From IMG/VR virus record IMGVR_UViG_3300033995_001164, positions 186,001 to 250,000 of that record: a stretch of 64,000 nucleotides of DNA; one strand, 5' to 3'. The translations under genes were made by a program, and so were the position numbers. Positions 55,087 through 63,337 of the stretch are shown in pieces. The notes under the pieces are model-generated. The model was not told the DNA's origin and searched no databases. It saw nothing but the letters and a program-made list of their open reading frames with translations. How positions within the stretch are numbered: position 1 is the stretch's first letter; each line of letters begins with the position of its first letter.

Positions 55087-55208
55087 AGTATCTTTATGTA
55101 AATTAGAGATATTCTATTCCAGACTTACCTGGACTTCTGTATTATATTTCAGAAACTTTTAAGGTTTCACCTCTATCTGATTGTCCCAGATTAATTTACA
55201 AAGATACT
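55087..55208 (-). ncRNA. Candidate multibranch RNA, 122 nt
   Basis: About 17-bp closing helix plus four short hairpins (ATCTG/CAGAT, AGG/CCT, TTCTG/CAGAA, TCCAG/CTGGA). Confidence 0.5.
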
Positions 55209-55224
55209 TAATATTTACCAATTT

Positions 55225-55428
55225 TTATTTCCATTGAGTTTTTCGGTTATACTTCCAAGTTTTGTGTTCTCTATATTTGTGAGAGAACTGACCTTTTCTG
55301 TAATGAACACCCTCGTCCCAATATGGTGGGTATTCAAACTTTAACCAAATCAATCTATAATCTTTTGAACAAGTCGCCTTGTTCAATTTCATTCTGTTTG
55401 TGTTTACACTCATAATCTCTGAGTCCAT
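55225..55428 (-). CDS. Small basic hypothetical protein
   Basis: 67-aa ORF within the RNA operon. Confidence 0.5.
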   Translation of the reverse strand: MDSEIMSVNTNRMKLNKATCSKDYRLIWLKFEYPPYWDEGVHYRKGQFSHKYREHKTWKYNRKTQWK

Positions 55429-55483
55429 TGTTTAGTGGACCTCAAAGATTGTCTAATACCTTTTTCATAATATTTTAATTAAG

Positions 55484-55557
55484 TGTGAAAGGTGGGACTC
55501 GAACCCACAATCTCCTGGACCACAACCAGACGCTTTACCAATTCAGCTACAATCACC
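55484..55557 (-). tRNA. tRNA-His (GTG)
   Basis: CTGG-TTGTGGT-CCAG; encoded G-1; two U.U mismatches in the acceptor. Confidence 0.85.
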
Positions 55558-55572
55558 ATGTACTTTATTTTG

Positions 55573-55646
55573 CTCTCCAGCTAGGACTTGAACCTAGGAC
55601 TCTCGTATTAACAGTACGATGCTCTAACCAACTGAGCTACTGAAGA
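55573..55646 (-). tRNA. tRNA-Asn (GTT), canonical
   Basis: TCGTA-CTGTTAA-TACGA; U1-A72, G73. Confidence 0.95.
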
Positions 55647-55710
55647 ATTTTTACCTTACTTCCCCGGCTTAACGGACCGAGTGCCATATAGGAGGTGTAA
55701 GGTGACCTCG

Positions 55711-55782
55711 AGGACCGGGGGAATTTCGAAATCCCGACCCGCAGACTAACAACCTGCCGCTCTTCCTCTGAGCTACCAATCC
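55711..55782 (-). tRNA. Second GTT tRNA, atypical
   Basis: GCAGG-TTGTTAG-TCTGC; G1-C72, U73, U53.U61. Confidence 0.7.
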
Positions 55783-55932
55783 GATTTTGACCACTATGTT
55801 ATTTTGCGAACGTATGAAGCTCGTATCATTATTAAGTCATAGTAGTCCAAGGCGTTACGCATCCATCTGTAACTTTACTTTTCTTGAGTCCCGGTAAGGC
55901 CTTACCAACTCTGGGAACGATTACCTCGTTTG

Positions 55933-56005
55933 TGTGTCCTACAGGAATCGAACCTGTTCCTTTCGCTCTTCAGGCGGACGTACGCACCAGCTATACGAAA
56001 GACAC
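55933..56005 (-). tRNA. tRNA-Phe (GAA)
   Basis: CGC-CTGAAGA-GCG; cloverleaf intact. Confidence 0.9.
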
Positions 56006-56008
56006 AAT

Positions 56009-56163
56009 TATAATAATGTTGGAGTACCCGTCTCGCTCCAATCTTAAGTGCTTAATCGTAGTTTTACGAGGCCCTCGGCACATTCCCTTTTCAGGGGGGT
56101 GATGATTTCTTTGACCTATCCTGAATTGTCGACATCCGATGGATAGAGAAAACCATTATTATA
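56009..56163 (-). ncRNA. Candidate multibranch RNA, 155 nt
   Basis: TATAATAATG/CATTATTATA closing helix; four internal hairpins. Confidence 0.45.
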
Positions 56164-56164
56164 G

Positions 56165-56245
56165 TGGAAAATAGTGGACTCGAACCACTCCCGTGAGGAC
56201 CTGATTTACAGTCAGGGTGCCGTATCCGAACGACTTTTATTTTCC
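56165..56245 (-). tRNA. tRNA-Tyr (GTA)
   Basis: CCTGA-CTGTAAA-TCAGG; variable arm. Confidence 0.92.
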
Positions 56246-56250
56246 TTTTG

Positions 56251-56321
56251 TACCTCGTGATGGTTACGCTCCACCGCCATTTGTATGTAAAACAAATACG
56301 CTCCTATTACGCCAACGAGGT
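56251..56321 (-). tRNA. tRNA-Val (TAC), non-canonical T-loop
   Basis: TTTGT-TTTACAT-ACAAA; GGTGG-AGCGTAA-CCATC. Confidence 0.8.
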
Positions 56322-56327
56322 AAATTG

Positions 56328-56399
56328 TACCGATGGGTGGGATTGAACCACCGACACCTTCCGTATGAAAGAAGTGCTCTACCACTGAGCTACATCAGT
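56328..56399 (-). tRNA. Elongator tRNA-Met (CAT)
   Basis: CTTCT-TTCATAC-GGAAG; paired 1-72. Confidence 0.85.
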
Positions 56400-56453
56400 A
56401 TTGTGGTGGACATAGGCTCATCACCTACTCGTGGGTTTCCACCGAACCCCTTG

Positions 56454-56525
56454 TTACCCCTAATGGAATCGAACCACTCCCGCATGGACCAAAACCATGT
56501 GTACTAACCGATATACGAAGGGGCA
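56454..56525 (-). tRNA. tRNA-Gln (TTG)
   Basis: CATGG-TTTTGGT-CCATG; U1-A72. Confidence 0.92.
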
Positions 56526-56536
56526 AAATATTTTTT

Positions 56537-56622
56537 AGTTAAAGAACGGTTACCACAATTACGTTCGCCTCGGCTTCACTCCGAACATTCTTTTTTGGGT
56601 GTGGATTAAACTATTTAACTAA
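56537..56622 (-). ncRNA. Candidate small structured RNA, about 86 nt
   Basis: TTAGTTAAA/TTTAACTAA closing helix; CCACA/TGTGG and GTTCG/CGAAC helices. Confidence 0.4.
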
Positions 56623-56626
56623 CCCG

Positions 56627-56709
56627 CGGAGGAGACAGGATTCGAACCTGCAACCCGTTTCCGAGCGACGGTTTTCAAGACCGCTCGACAACCAACTGTC
56701 CACTCCTCC
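56627..56709 (-). tRNA. tRNA-Ser (TGA)
   Basis: GCGGT-CTTGAAA-ACCGT; long variable arm; G73. Confidence 0.95.
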
Positions 56710-56759
56710 ATTTTTCTTACCAATATGTCAAATAACTAATTCCTTTATTTTTGATGGGA

Positions 56760-56790
56760 CAAAGGTAATCCTTTTTTTGTTTCTACCAAA
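56760..56790 (-). promoter_or_regulatory. Bacteroidota sigma70-type promoter heading the tRNA region
   Basis: Minus strand TTTG-N19-TACCTTTG. Confidence 0.75.
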
Positions 56791-56799
56791 CTTTTTTGT

Positions 56800-56834
56800 A
56801 AAAAAAAATCCCGAACTTTTTGAGTTCAGGATTT
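56800..56834 (-). terminator. Terminator upstream of the tRNA promoter
   Basis: ATCCTGAAC-TCAAAAA-GTTCGGGAT-TTTTTT on the minus strand. Confidence 0.65.
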
Positions 56835-57222
56835 AGGTTATATTTTATGTTTAACTTTTATATTGTCGTTAAATCATTTAATAAACTATCTGAACTTGTA
56901 TGCGAAATACGCGGATACGAACAATTACTAAACTGTTGGTTCCAAATCGAGACATTCATATGTTTATTACTATTTTTCATTTTTCTTTTTTTTTTTAGGT
57001 ATTTCTACCTGTGTTTTTAATAACTATTACAAACTTACGAAAAGTTTAAAAACTTGTCAATATTTTTTCTGATAATTTTATTAATTCTTCTTGGAGGTAT
57101 TCTTCCATCCACTCAGCTATTTTACTGTTGGTATCAGCGTAGGCTCCAAATTCAGTGAAATGTTCCTCTTGTTTTTTATCTAAAAAAATTTTTGCATTTA
57201 AATAATTCATTTTCTTTTTTTT

Positions 57223-57933
57223 TTAAAAATTTGTTTCAAATAATGTATTTGAATCGTTTTCTTCAATATTTTCAGTGTGATATAAAGTGACGGTATTATC
57301 ATTAAAGTTAAACATAAAATACCCTTCACCACCTTCATTATTTTCCCAACCACCAAAATTATTTGATAATACAGTATAACAAAAATCTTCCATAAGACTT
57401 GGGACTGACTCATTAATCTCGTCAAAACTACCATCAAGGGAACCGTCATCACCACCACCATTATAACGAGCGGTTAATATACCATCTTCAGGGATTTCAA
57501 CATTATTAGATGATAATTCATCCCTAAATGAATCCATATCCACTTCATCCCCTTCAAAATCAACCTCAGATTTACCACCAACATCATAATAACTGTAAAT
57601 TTGTCTTATAGTTAATTCTCTATTTCTTGTGTCAAAATCTATTAAAAAATCGTGGTAATTAATTCCCTCAATGTCAGGAAAAGAATAACTACCTGATGAA
57701 TCTAAATAATTAAAAATTTTCTGTAATATTTCAATAAATCCTGATGGAATATCTAAAGTTGAGTTATAATCAAAATTAGTTACATATTCCCACTCAATAT
57801 TACTGATTTCTGATTTGTTATCCCATTCATTAGCTTCAATTCTAATTTCAACAACTTTCTGTCCCATTGATTGGACATATCTCGAAACTCTTTCTAAATA
57901 TTTTTTCTCTTCCGGTGTTAATAATTCATTCAT
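57223..57933 (-). CDS. DUF6878-like protein
   Basis: ARYNGGGDDG...GGWENNEGGEGYF pattern. Confidence 0.55.
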   Translation of the reverse strand: MNELLTPEEKKYLERVSRYVQSMGQKVVEIRIEANEWDNKSEISNIEWEYVTNFDYNSTLDIPSGFIEILQKIFNYLDSSGSYSFPDIEGINYHDFLIDFDTRNRELTIRQIYSYYDVGGKSEVDFEGDEVDMDSFRDELSSNNVEIPEDGILTARYNGGGDDGSLDGSFDEINESVPSLMEDFCYTVLSNNFGGWENNEGGEGYFMFNFNDNTVTLYHTENIEENDSNTLFETNF

Positions 57934-57944
57934 ACTAATAAATA

Positions 57945-58292
57945 TTAGTCTTCTAGTTTAAGTGTCTTTAACATCCATAATGGACGTGTTTTTTCTCTAA
58001 TATTGTCAACCCACTCTTTCGCAGTTGGTATATAATTATTACAATCTTCTCTAACATGTTGCTCTCCAATATATCGGGTGTAGACAATTTTCCCATCACT
58101 ATTTAGGAATTCTGAACCAAATCTTTTTTCCATCTCAAAGATTCCTTCTGAGTGATGTCTCCATATTCTATGTAATGAATCCGCATACCATGATTTGGTT
58201 TCATCCATCCATTCATGTAAATGAGTGTAATCTTCCGGTTTTCCTCCAAATTTCTTTGCCGAGGATTTTGAATGTAAATTTGGGTGAGCCAT
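57945..58292 (-). CDS. DUF6915-like His-rich protein
   Basis: MAHPNLHSKSSAKKFGGKPEDYTHLHEWMDETK...HRIWRHH...GEQHVREDC. Confidence 0.7.
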   Translation of the reverse strand: MAHPNLHSKSSAKKFGGKPEDYTHLHEWMDETKSWYADSLHRIWRHHSEGIFEMEKRFGSEFLNSDGKIVYTRYIGEQHVREDCNNYIPTAKEWVDNIREKTRPLWMLKTLKLED

Positions 58293-58296
58293 AAAG

Positions 58297-58551
58297 TTAA
58301 AGTCTATTTGAAATGTTTTTGATAATCATTTCCTCATCGTTTGTTAACATTAGTCGGGACTTCATTAATTTACTCATAATAACACTCCATTCCTCATCTA
58401 AAAGGTTATGGTGTCTGTTGGATGTGATTGGTCCCCCATCTAAATATCCTTCCTCAATAAGGATATCGACTAATTCTTCAATATCTGAATCCCGACAATT
58501 TTCAACATATTCGGAGGGTTCAATGTTAACATAGGTACTAAAGTTTGGCAT
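58297..58551 (-). CDS. Hypothetical protein
   Basis: 84-aa ORF with host-type promoter upstream. Confidence 0.55.
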   Translation of the reverse strand: MPNFSTYVNIEPSEYVENCRDSDIEELVDILIEEGYLDGGPITSNRHHNLLDEEWSVIMSKLMKSRLMLTNDEEMIIKNISNRL

Positions 58552-58796
58552 AATATTTTAATTTAATTTCGACAAAAATATAAAATAAAATTGATACTAC
58601 AAACTATTTTGAAGATATTTATTAATATGATGATGACCAATTATAAATTGGGACTTTTGGAAATCATACAAATATGAGAAGGGTTGTGTTATTAGGATTG
58701 GAAACCTTATACAATCGAATAATTTAACATTTAAAAAGGGGTCTACCCCTTTTTTTTATTACCAAAATTTATTAGATTTAAAAAAAAACTTATTAT

Positions 58797-59120
58797 ATGG
58801 AAAATTACACAAACCCTGAGACGGGAGAAACAACACAAGACGTTCAAGATTTACTTAATGCATCATTAATTTTTGCAAGAGCATTGGGTCTTATTTTTAA
58901 AGAGGGTGAGGGAATTGTTGTTGATATTAAAGGAGACATTAAATTAAATGACGGTTCTAAAAAAGTAATTGTTTTTGGTCATAACGACCAAATTCACATA
59001 TACAAATGTGAAGAAGATTTAGAAGAAGGAACGGCTGTTAGTATGAATAATGATGAAGTTGACCCATCAAATATTGATGTTGTTGATTCAGAAATTATAT
59101 CTCCAACTGAAGAAAATTAA
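58797..59120 (+). CDS. Hypothetical acidic protein
   Basis: 107-aa ORF. Confidence 0.55.
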   Translation: MENYTNPETGETTQDVQDLLNASLIFARALGLIFKEGEGIVVDIKGDIKLNDGSKKVIVFGHNDQIHIYKCEEDLEEGTAVSMNNDEVDPSNIDVVDSEIISPTEEN

Positions 59121-59128
59121 AATTATAT

Positions 59129-59160
59129 TTTGGTGAATCAATTATTTTTATATATCTTTG
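59129..59160 (+). promoter_or_regulatory. Bacteroidota sigma70-type promoter for clpP
   Basis: TTTG-N20-TATCTTTG. Confidence 0.7.
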
Positions 59161-59176
59161 TCAAAAATTAAAACAT

Positions 59177-59920
59177 ATGAACGTAGGACAAGAATTTCAA
59201 AATTATTACACAAAACATTTAGGTAAACCATCTTTGGATTTACATAACTTCAACAATCACATTCAAAACTCGATGACTCCATATATTTTAGAGGAAAGAG
59301 AGATGAGAGTAACTCAAATGGATATTTTTTCTCGTTTGATGATGGATAGAATTCTTTGGGCTTCGGGTCCGGTTGACGATAGAATGGGTGATATTATACA
59401 ATCACAACTTATCTTCTTAGATAATTTGGATAAGAAAAAAGATATCAATTTATATCTACAAACTCCGGGTGGTAGTGTATTAAGTGGTTTAGGTATTAGA
59501 GATACTATGAACTTCATCAATGCCGATGTTGCAACCACAAATATTGGTATGTGTGCGTCCATGGGTTCGGTATTACTATCTTCAGGGGCAAAAGGTAAAA
59601 GGGAATCTTTAATTTTTTCAAAGGTTATGACTCACATGGTGTCTCACGGAACACAAGGGAATGTTCAAGACACTAGAATTGGTCAACTTGAAGCTGAAAA
59701 ATATAACTACTTGTTATTTAAAATATTAGCTGAGAATTGTGGTAAAACATTTGAACAAATGTTAGAATCATCAAGAAATGACAAATGGTTTAATTCAGAT
59801 GAAGCGTTAGAGTTTGGATTAATTGATAAAATTATCGGTGTTGAGAAAAATCAATCAATGACTGATATGATGATTGGTTTTGATGAGTATTATGAGAAAG
59901 AAATTCTTAAAAGAAAATAA
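59177..59920 (+). CDS. clpP: ATP-dependent Clp protease proteolytic subunit
   Basis: DIFSRLMMDRI, TPGGSV, CASMGS (catalytic Ser), VMTH (His), RNDKWF (Asp). Confidence 0.92.
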   Translation: MNVGQEFQNYYTKHLGKPSLDLHNFNNHIQNSMTPYILEEREMRVTQMDIFSRLMMDRILWASGPVDDRMGDIIQSQLIFLDNLDKKKDINLYLQTPGGSVLSGLGIRDTMNFINADVATTNIGMCASMGSVLLSSGAKGKRESLIFSKVMTHMVSHGTQGNVQDTRIGQLEAEKYNYLLFKILAENCGKTFEQMLESSRNDKWFNSDEALEFGLIDKIIGVEKNQSMTDMMIGFDEYYEKEILKRK

Positions 59921-60032
59921 GAATAAGTGTTAAATGAAAAAAGAAGGTATTACTACCTTCTTTTTTTTTTAGATAAGATAAACACCCCCTTGTTTTTAAA
60001 AATCTAATTTATATAATAGAGTTTTATATCTA

Positions 60033-60689
60033 TTATGTTGTAACCACAGGTTTAATTTTATTATAAACATCTGTCGCTTTTTTGTTAAAACCATTAAACA
60101 TTCCACAAACTATTCCGGATAATTGATTTTCTAAACTTGAGATAAATGCGGTGTCTTTAACGGCGCCTCCCAAAGCATTTCTTAAGAATGAATACCCTTG
60201 ACCTTCAAGTCCAGCTTTTTCTCCTAACATTTGAACAACCGCCTCAGATAATGATTCAGCAATTAATTTAGTTAATTCTTTACAATCTTTAAGAGCTAAA
60301 GCTAATCTTCTTGGGTCTGAAACTATAAATGATGTTATTGCATTTGTAAAAAAATTACTTAACCCTAACTTTCCAACTAAAGATTTAACCATTGGTTCAA
60401 CAACTGTTTGAGCAATTCCACTCAAAGCATTACTCCCAAATAATTTTCCTAAAACGTCCATCAATTGTTCGTTTAAGATTTTATTCTCACTTAAAAAATT
60501 AATCTCTTCAAGAAGAGAATAAGCAATTTTTTCTTGTTTCTTTTTAGGTAATTTATTAAAATTTTTAATATTATCTTCCGATTCAACAATCATTAATATT
60601 CTACTTCTAACTAAATTCTCTTCAATTAAAGTTTTTTCTTGATTATCTTTCGCTTCTAATATCGCTCTTTTTATTTGTTTTTCTAACAT
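60033..60689 (-). CDS. Hypothetical protein, probably virion-associated
   Basis: MLEKQIKRAILEA leader-like start; in operon with leader-bearing genes. Confidence 0.55.
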   Translation of the reverse strand: MLEKQIKRAILEAKDNQEKTLIEENLVRSRILMIVESEDNIKNFNKLPKKKQEKIAYSLLEEINFLSENKILNEQLMDVLGKLFGSNALSGIAQTVVEPMVKSLVGKLGLSNFFTNAITSFIVSDPRRLALALKDCKELTKLIAESLSEAVVQMLGEKAGLEGQGYSFLRNALGGAVKDTAFISSLENQLSGIVCGMFNGFNKKATDVYNKIKPVVTT

Positions 60690-60699
60690 AACTTATTGA

Positions 60700-61623
60700 T
60701 TATTTCAATCTCCATTTAGCGTCTTCACCATAAGATAATGGCCCACCCGTTCCACCTCTTAATGTTTTAATATAATTGTCAACAATACTAAAAACTCCAC
60801 CCCATTTACCGTTAAATTGGTTGGCACAAGCCTGAACTTGAGATTTTAATGAATCAAATTGACTTTGAGGTATGTCTTCTCTTTTAGTTTTCCAATAATC
60901 ATAATATTGTTTCACTTTATCTCGACACACTTTTTTATCTTGTTCTCCGGCAGCTGGTTTATACATGATTAAACCTCCAGGGAAATATTGTTCACTACCT
61001 TGAACATTAACTTTTTGATAAGTCCCAGATGCTAATTGTTCAGGGGTTAGTTTTTCAACATATCCTTCGTTTTTTATCCATTGATTGATAAAAGCTTGTT
61101 GTTCCGGAGTATAACCACCTTGTTTTGCAGTATTAACCTTTAATTTATATAAATCGTATTTTGGATGTTTTTGGTATAATTGAGAAAGTTCTGTATCTGT
61201 TACGGCAATGTCAGCTCTTTTTTTCCATCCGTATTGTTCCAATTCTCTTGCAATGTCAGTATCTACTGTTGCTTTTTGAGATGCTTGTGTCGCTTGTTGA
61301 GAATCCATTTGAGCAATCTTATCACATTTCCAATTACCACTTTTACTTCCATCTCTAAATTTATAAGTCATATCACCATAAAAGTCGATTTCTTTACCAC
61401 TTTTAGTAGTTGCACGATAAACAAATTTAGTTTTATCAGGATTTGTAAATAATTGACCATTAATTAAACATCCCGCAGCTTTAGCCTTTCTTAATATTTC
61501 TTCACCCGTGTTTGAAACTGGCGTGACAGGTACAATAGGTTGTATTTGTTCCTTCATCAATGATTTGTGCATTGATAAAATTTCATTCTTTTCGGATTCT
61601 TCTATAATATATCTTTTCTTCAT
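60700..61623 (-). CDS. Leader-bearing protein
   Basis: MKKRYIIEESEKNEILSMHKSLMKEQ. Confidence 0.6.
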   Translation of the reverse strand: MKKRYIIEESEKNEILSMHKSLMKEQIQPIVPVTPVSNTGEEILRKAKAAGCLINGQLFTNPDKTKFVYRATTKSGKEIDFYGDMTYKFRDGSKSGNWKCDKIAQMDSQQATQASQKATVDTDIARELEQYGWKKRADIAVTDTELSQLYQKHPKYDLYKLKVNTAKQGGYTPEQQAFINQWIKNEGYVEKLTPEQLASGTYQKVNVQGSEQYFPGGLIMYKPAAGEQDKKVCRDKVKQYYDYWKTKREDIPQSQFDSLKSQVQACANQFNGKWGGVFSIVDNYIKTLRGGTGGPLSYGEDAKWRLK

Positions 61624-61631
61624 TTTTAAAA

Positions 61632-62696
61632 TTAAGTATTAATCAATGATAATGAATCGTCCGCATCTGCTTGAACTGAGAATTCATCTGTTTGTGGTTT
61701 AACCGGTTGTTTAGATGCACAGATTTTTGTAACATCAGCATCAGTAAATGAGGTAAACCCTTTAGATGCTAACGCGGCTTTAGTCTTTTTACCAAATTTT
61801 CCGTCAGGAGTTAATCCTAAACATCCTTGAACTTTTGCAATTGTATTTGATTTACATCCATAGGAATAAGTTCCTGAACATGGTTTGTAAGTACTTTTAC
61901 CGGGTGTTTTACCACCTGTTTTATTACCACCTCCGCCACTACTAGTGTCTTTAATAGTTAATAAAGAATCCTCAACACAATTTCTAATTGGTCTGTATAT
62001 TTGTTTCCATTCAGACTCCGAATCAATGTCGATATCTAAATCATCAAATAAATCACCACTATCGGAATGTGCGTTATAATATTTAACTAACGCACAGAAA
62101 TCAGATGCAGTACCGGATTCTAATTTTTTGAATGCTCCAAATAATTTTTCTTCATCAGTTCCTCCTTGAAATCCGTAACTATCATTAACAATTGCGTCTT
62201 CAATATCATCAGTAATTGAACGTAAATCAGTATCTTGTAATTTTCGTTGTAATTTGGCAATTTTAATACCCTCAGATGAACACATTTCAAACATTTTTTT
62301 CACTTTGTTCATTCCCGTATCTTTTGTTACAAACCAATAAACTAATGGTAGTAACGCAAGTCCGGCTGCTCCTCCTACAATTGCTCCAGCTGCTGTCGCC
62401 CCAACCCCAAGAGATGATAACGCACCTACTAATCCCGTACCTTGTGACGCGGCAATTGCAGTTGCACCAGCGATTTTAGGTAACGCAACCCCCGCAGCCC
62501 CTAAAGCACCCGACGCACCTAATCCTGCTCCCGCAGCGGCTCCTAATCCAGCTCCTGCAACGGTTGGTGACACGTATTGTTCTTCAATAATTCCAATTTC
62601 TTTTTTATTTTCGTTCAGAGTTTTTGACATATCGTAAGACATCATCAATTTAACTCTTTCTAACGCCTCCGCCGGGCTATATTTTGGTTGTACCAT
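61632..62696 (-). CDS. Leader + Gly-zipper/hydrophobic + annexin-like + PG-binding protein
   Basis: AGAGLGAAAGAGLG...LALLPLVYWF; GGTDEEKLFGAF...YYN...GDLFDDLD; GCKSNTIAKVQGCLGLTPDGKFGKKT. Confidence 0.55.
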   Translation of the reverse strand: MVQPKYSPAEALERVKLMMSYDMSKTLNENKKEIGIIEEQYVSPTVAGAGLGAAAGAGLGASGALGAAGVALPKIAGATAIAASQGTGLVGALSSLGVGATAAGAIVGGAAGLALLPLVYWFVTKDTGMNKVKKMFEMCSSEGIKIAKLQRKLQDTDLRSITDDIEDAIVNDSYGFQGGTDEEKLFGAFKKLESGTASDFCALVKYYNAHSDSGDLFDDLDIDIDSESEWKQIYRPIRNCVEDSLLTIKDTSSGGGGNKTGGKTPGKSTYKPCSGTYSYGCKSNTIAKVQGCLGLTPDGKFGKKTKAALASKGFTSFTDADVTKICASKQPVKPQTDEFSVQADADDSLSLINT

Positions 62697-62729
62697 CTTT
62701 AAAGTATTTTAATTATAAATATGTTGTTA

Positions 62730-62978
62730 TTACCAAATCTGATTAGCAGCACCTCGGGTTAATCCAGTTTGCCATTTTTGACCTGATTTCATTAGTGGAT
62801 TTGCTTTACCTCGAGTTAATGTATATGTATCTTCCCATTTAGGTATTGACCCTCCACCACCTCCAGATGAGGGAGTTGATGCCGCAGCATCGTCTTGTTC
62901 TTCCATTTCTTCCCTTGGTTCACTATCTGAAGTGTATTTTTTAAAGAAGTCGATAAGTGCATTAATATCTCTAACCAT
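62730..62978 (-). CDS. Hypothetical virion-type protein
   Basis: EMEEQDDAAA...KWE...TRGKANPL...W.TGLTRGAANQI internal repeat. Confidence 0.55.
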   Translation of the reverse strand: MVRDINALIDFFKKYTSDSEPREEMEEQDDAAASTPSSGGGGGSIPKWEDTYTLTRGKANPLMKSGQKWQTGLTRGAANQIW

Positions 62979-63010
62979 TTTTAATATTTTTTTGTTATTT
63001 AAATAAATAG

Positions 63011-63337
63011 TTAATAAAACTCATTTTTTGGTAATTGGAGTGGGTTAATTAAATAATATTCATTTAAGAATATGATTAGTTCATCTTCATCTAATTCGAT
63101 TGTCTCATGTTCAAAAATTCCCCCTTCAAAATCGTCCTCATCATCTCCGAAAAAATCGAATGTTTCTGTGACAAGGTCAAATCCGTATTCCTCAACAATA
63201 CTATAATCGATTGTGTCATTTCTTAACACATCTTCTTCATCATCTATAGTTCTAAATGATACCTCAATCATATTAGTCTCTCCGTTCAAATAATATGATA
63301 TAATTTCTTTAATTTCCATAATAACTTTTATAAACAA
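63011..63337 (-). CDS. Hypothetical acidic protein
   Basis: 108-aa ORF. Confidence 0.55.
   Translation of the reverse strand: MFIKVIMEIKEIISYYLNGETNMIEVSFRTIDDEEDVLRNDTIDYSIVEEYGFDLVTETFDFFGDDEDDFEGGIFEHETIELDEDELIIFLNEYYLINPLQLPKNEFY

Noticed and set aside
56404-56448. GTGATGAG and GAAAC as a hammerhead ribozyme
   Set aside because: The core is not CTGANGA and the elements are in the wrong order.
53292-56507. Track ORFs overlapping tRNAs (53292, 53365, 54427, 54473, 54557, 55884, 56217)
   Set aside because: Chance open frames across GC-richer RNA genes.
41560-56800. RNase P RNA or rRNA fragments
   Set aside because: No GGAAAGTCC or AACAGAA..GGCTTA signatures and no rRNA-like sequence seen.
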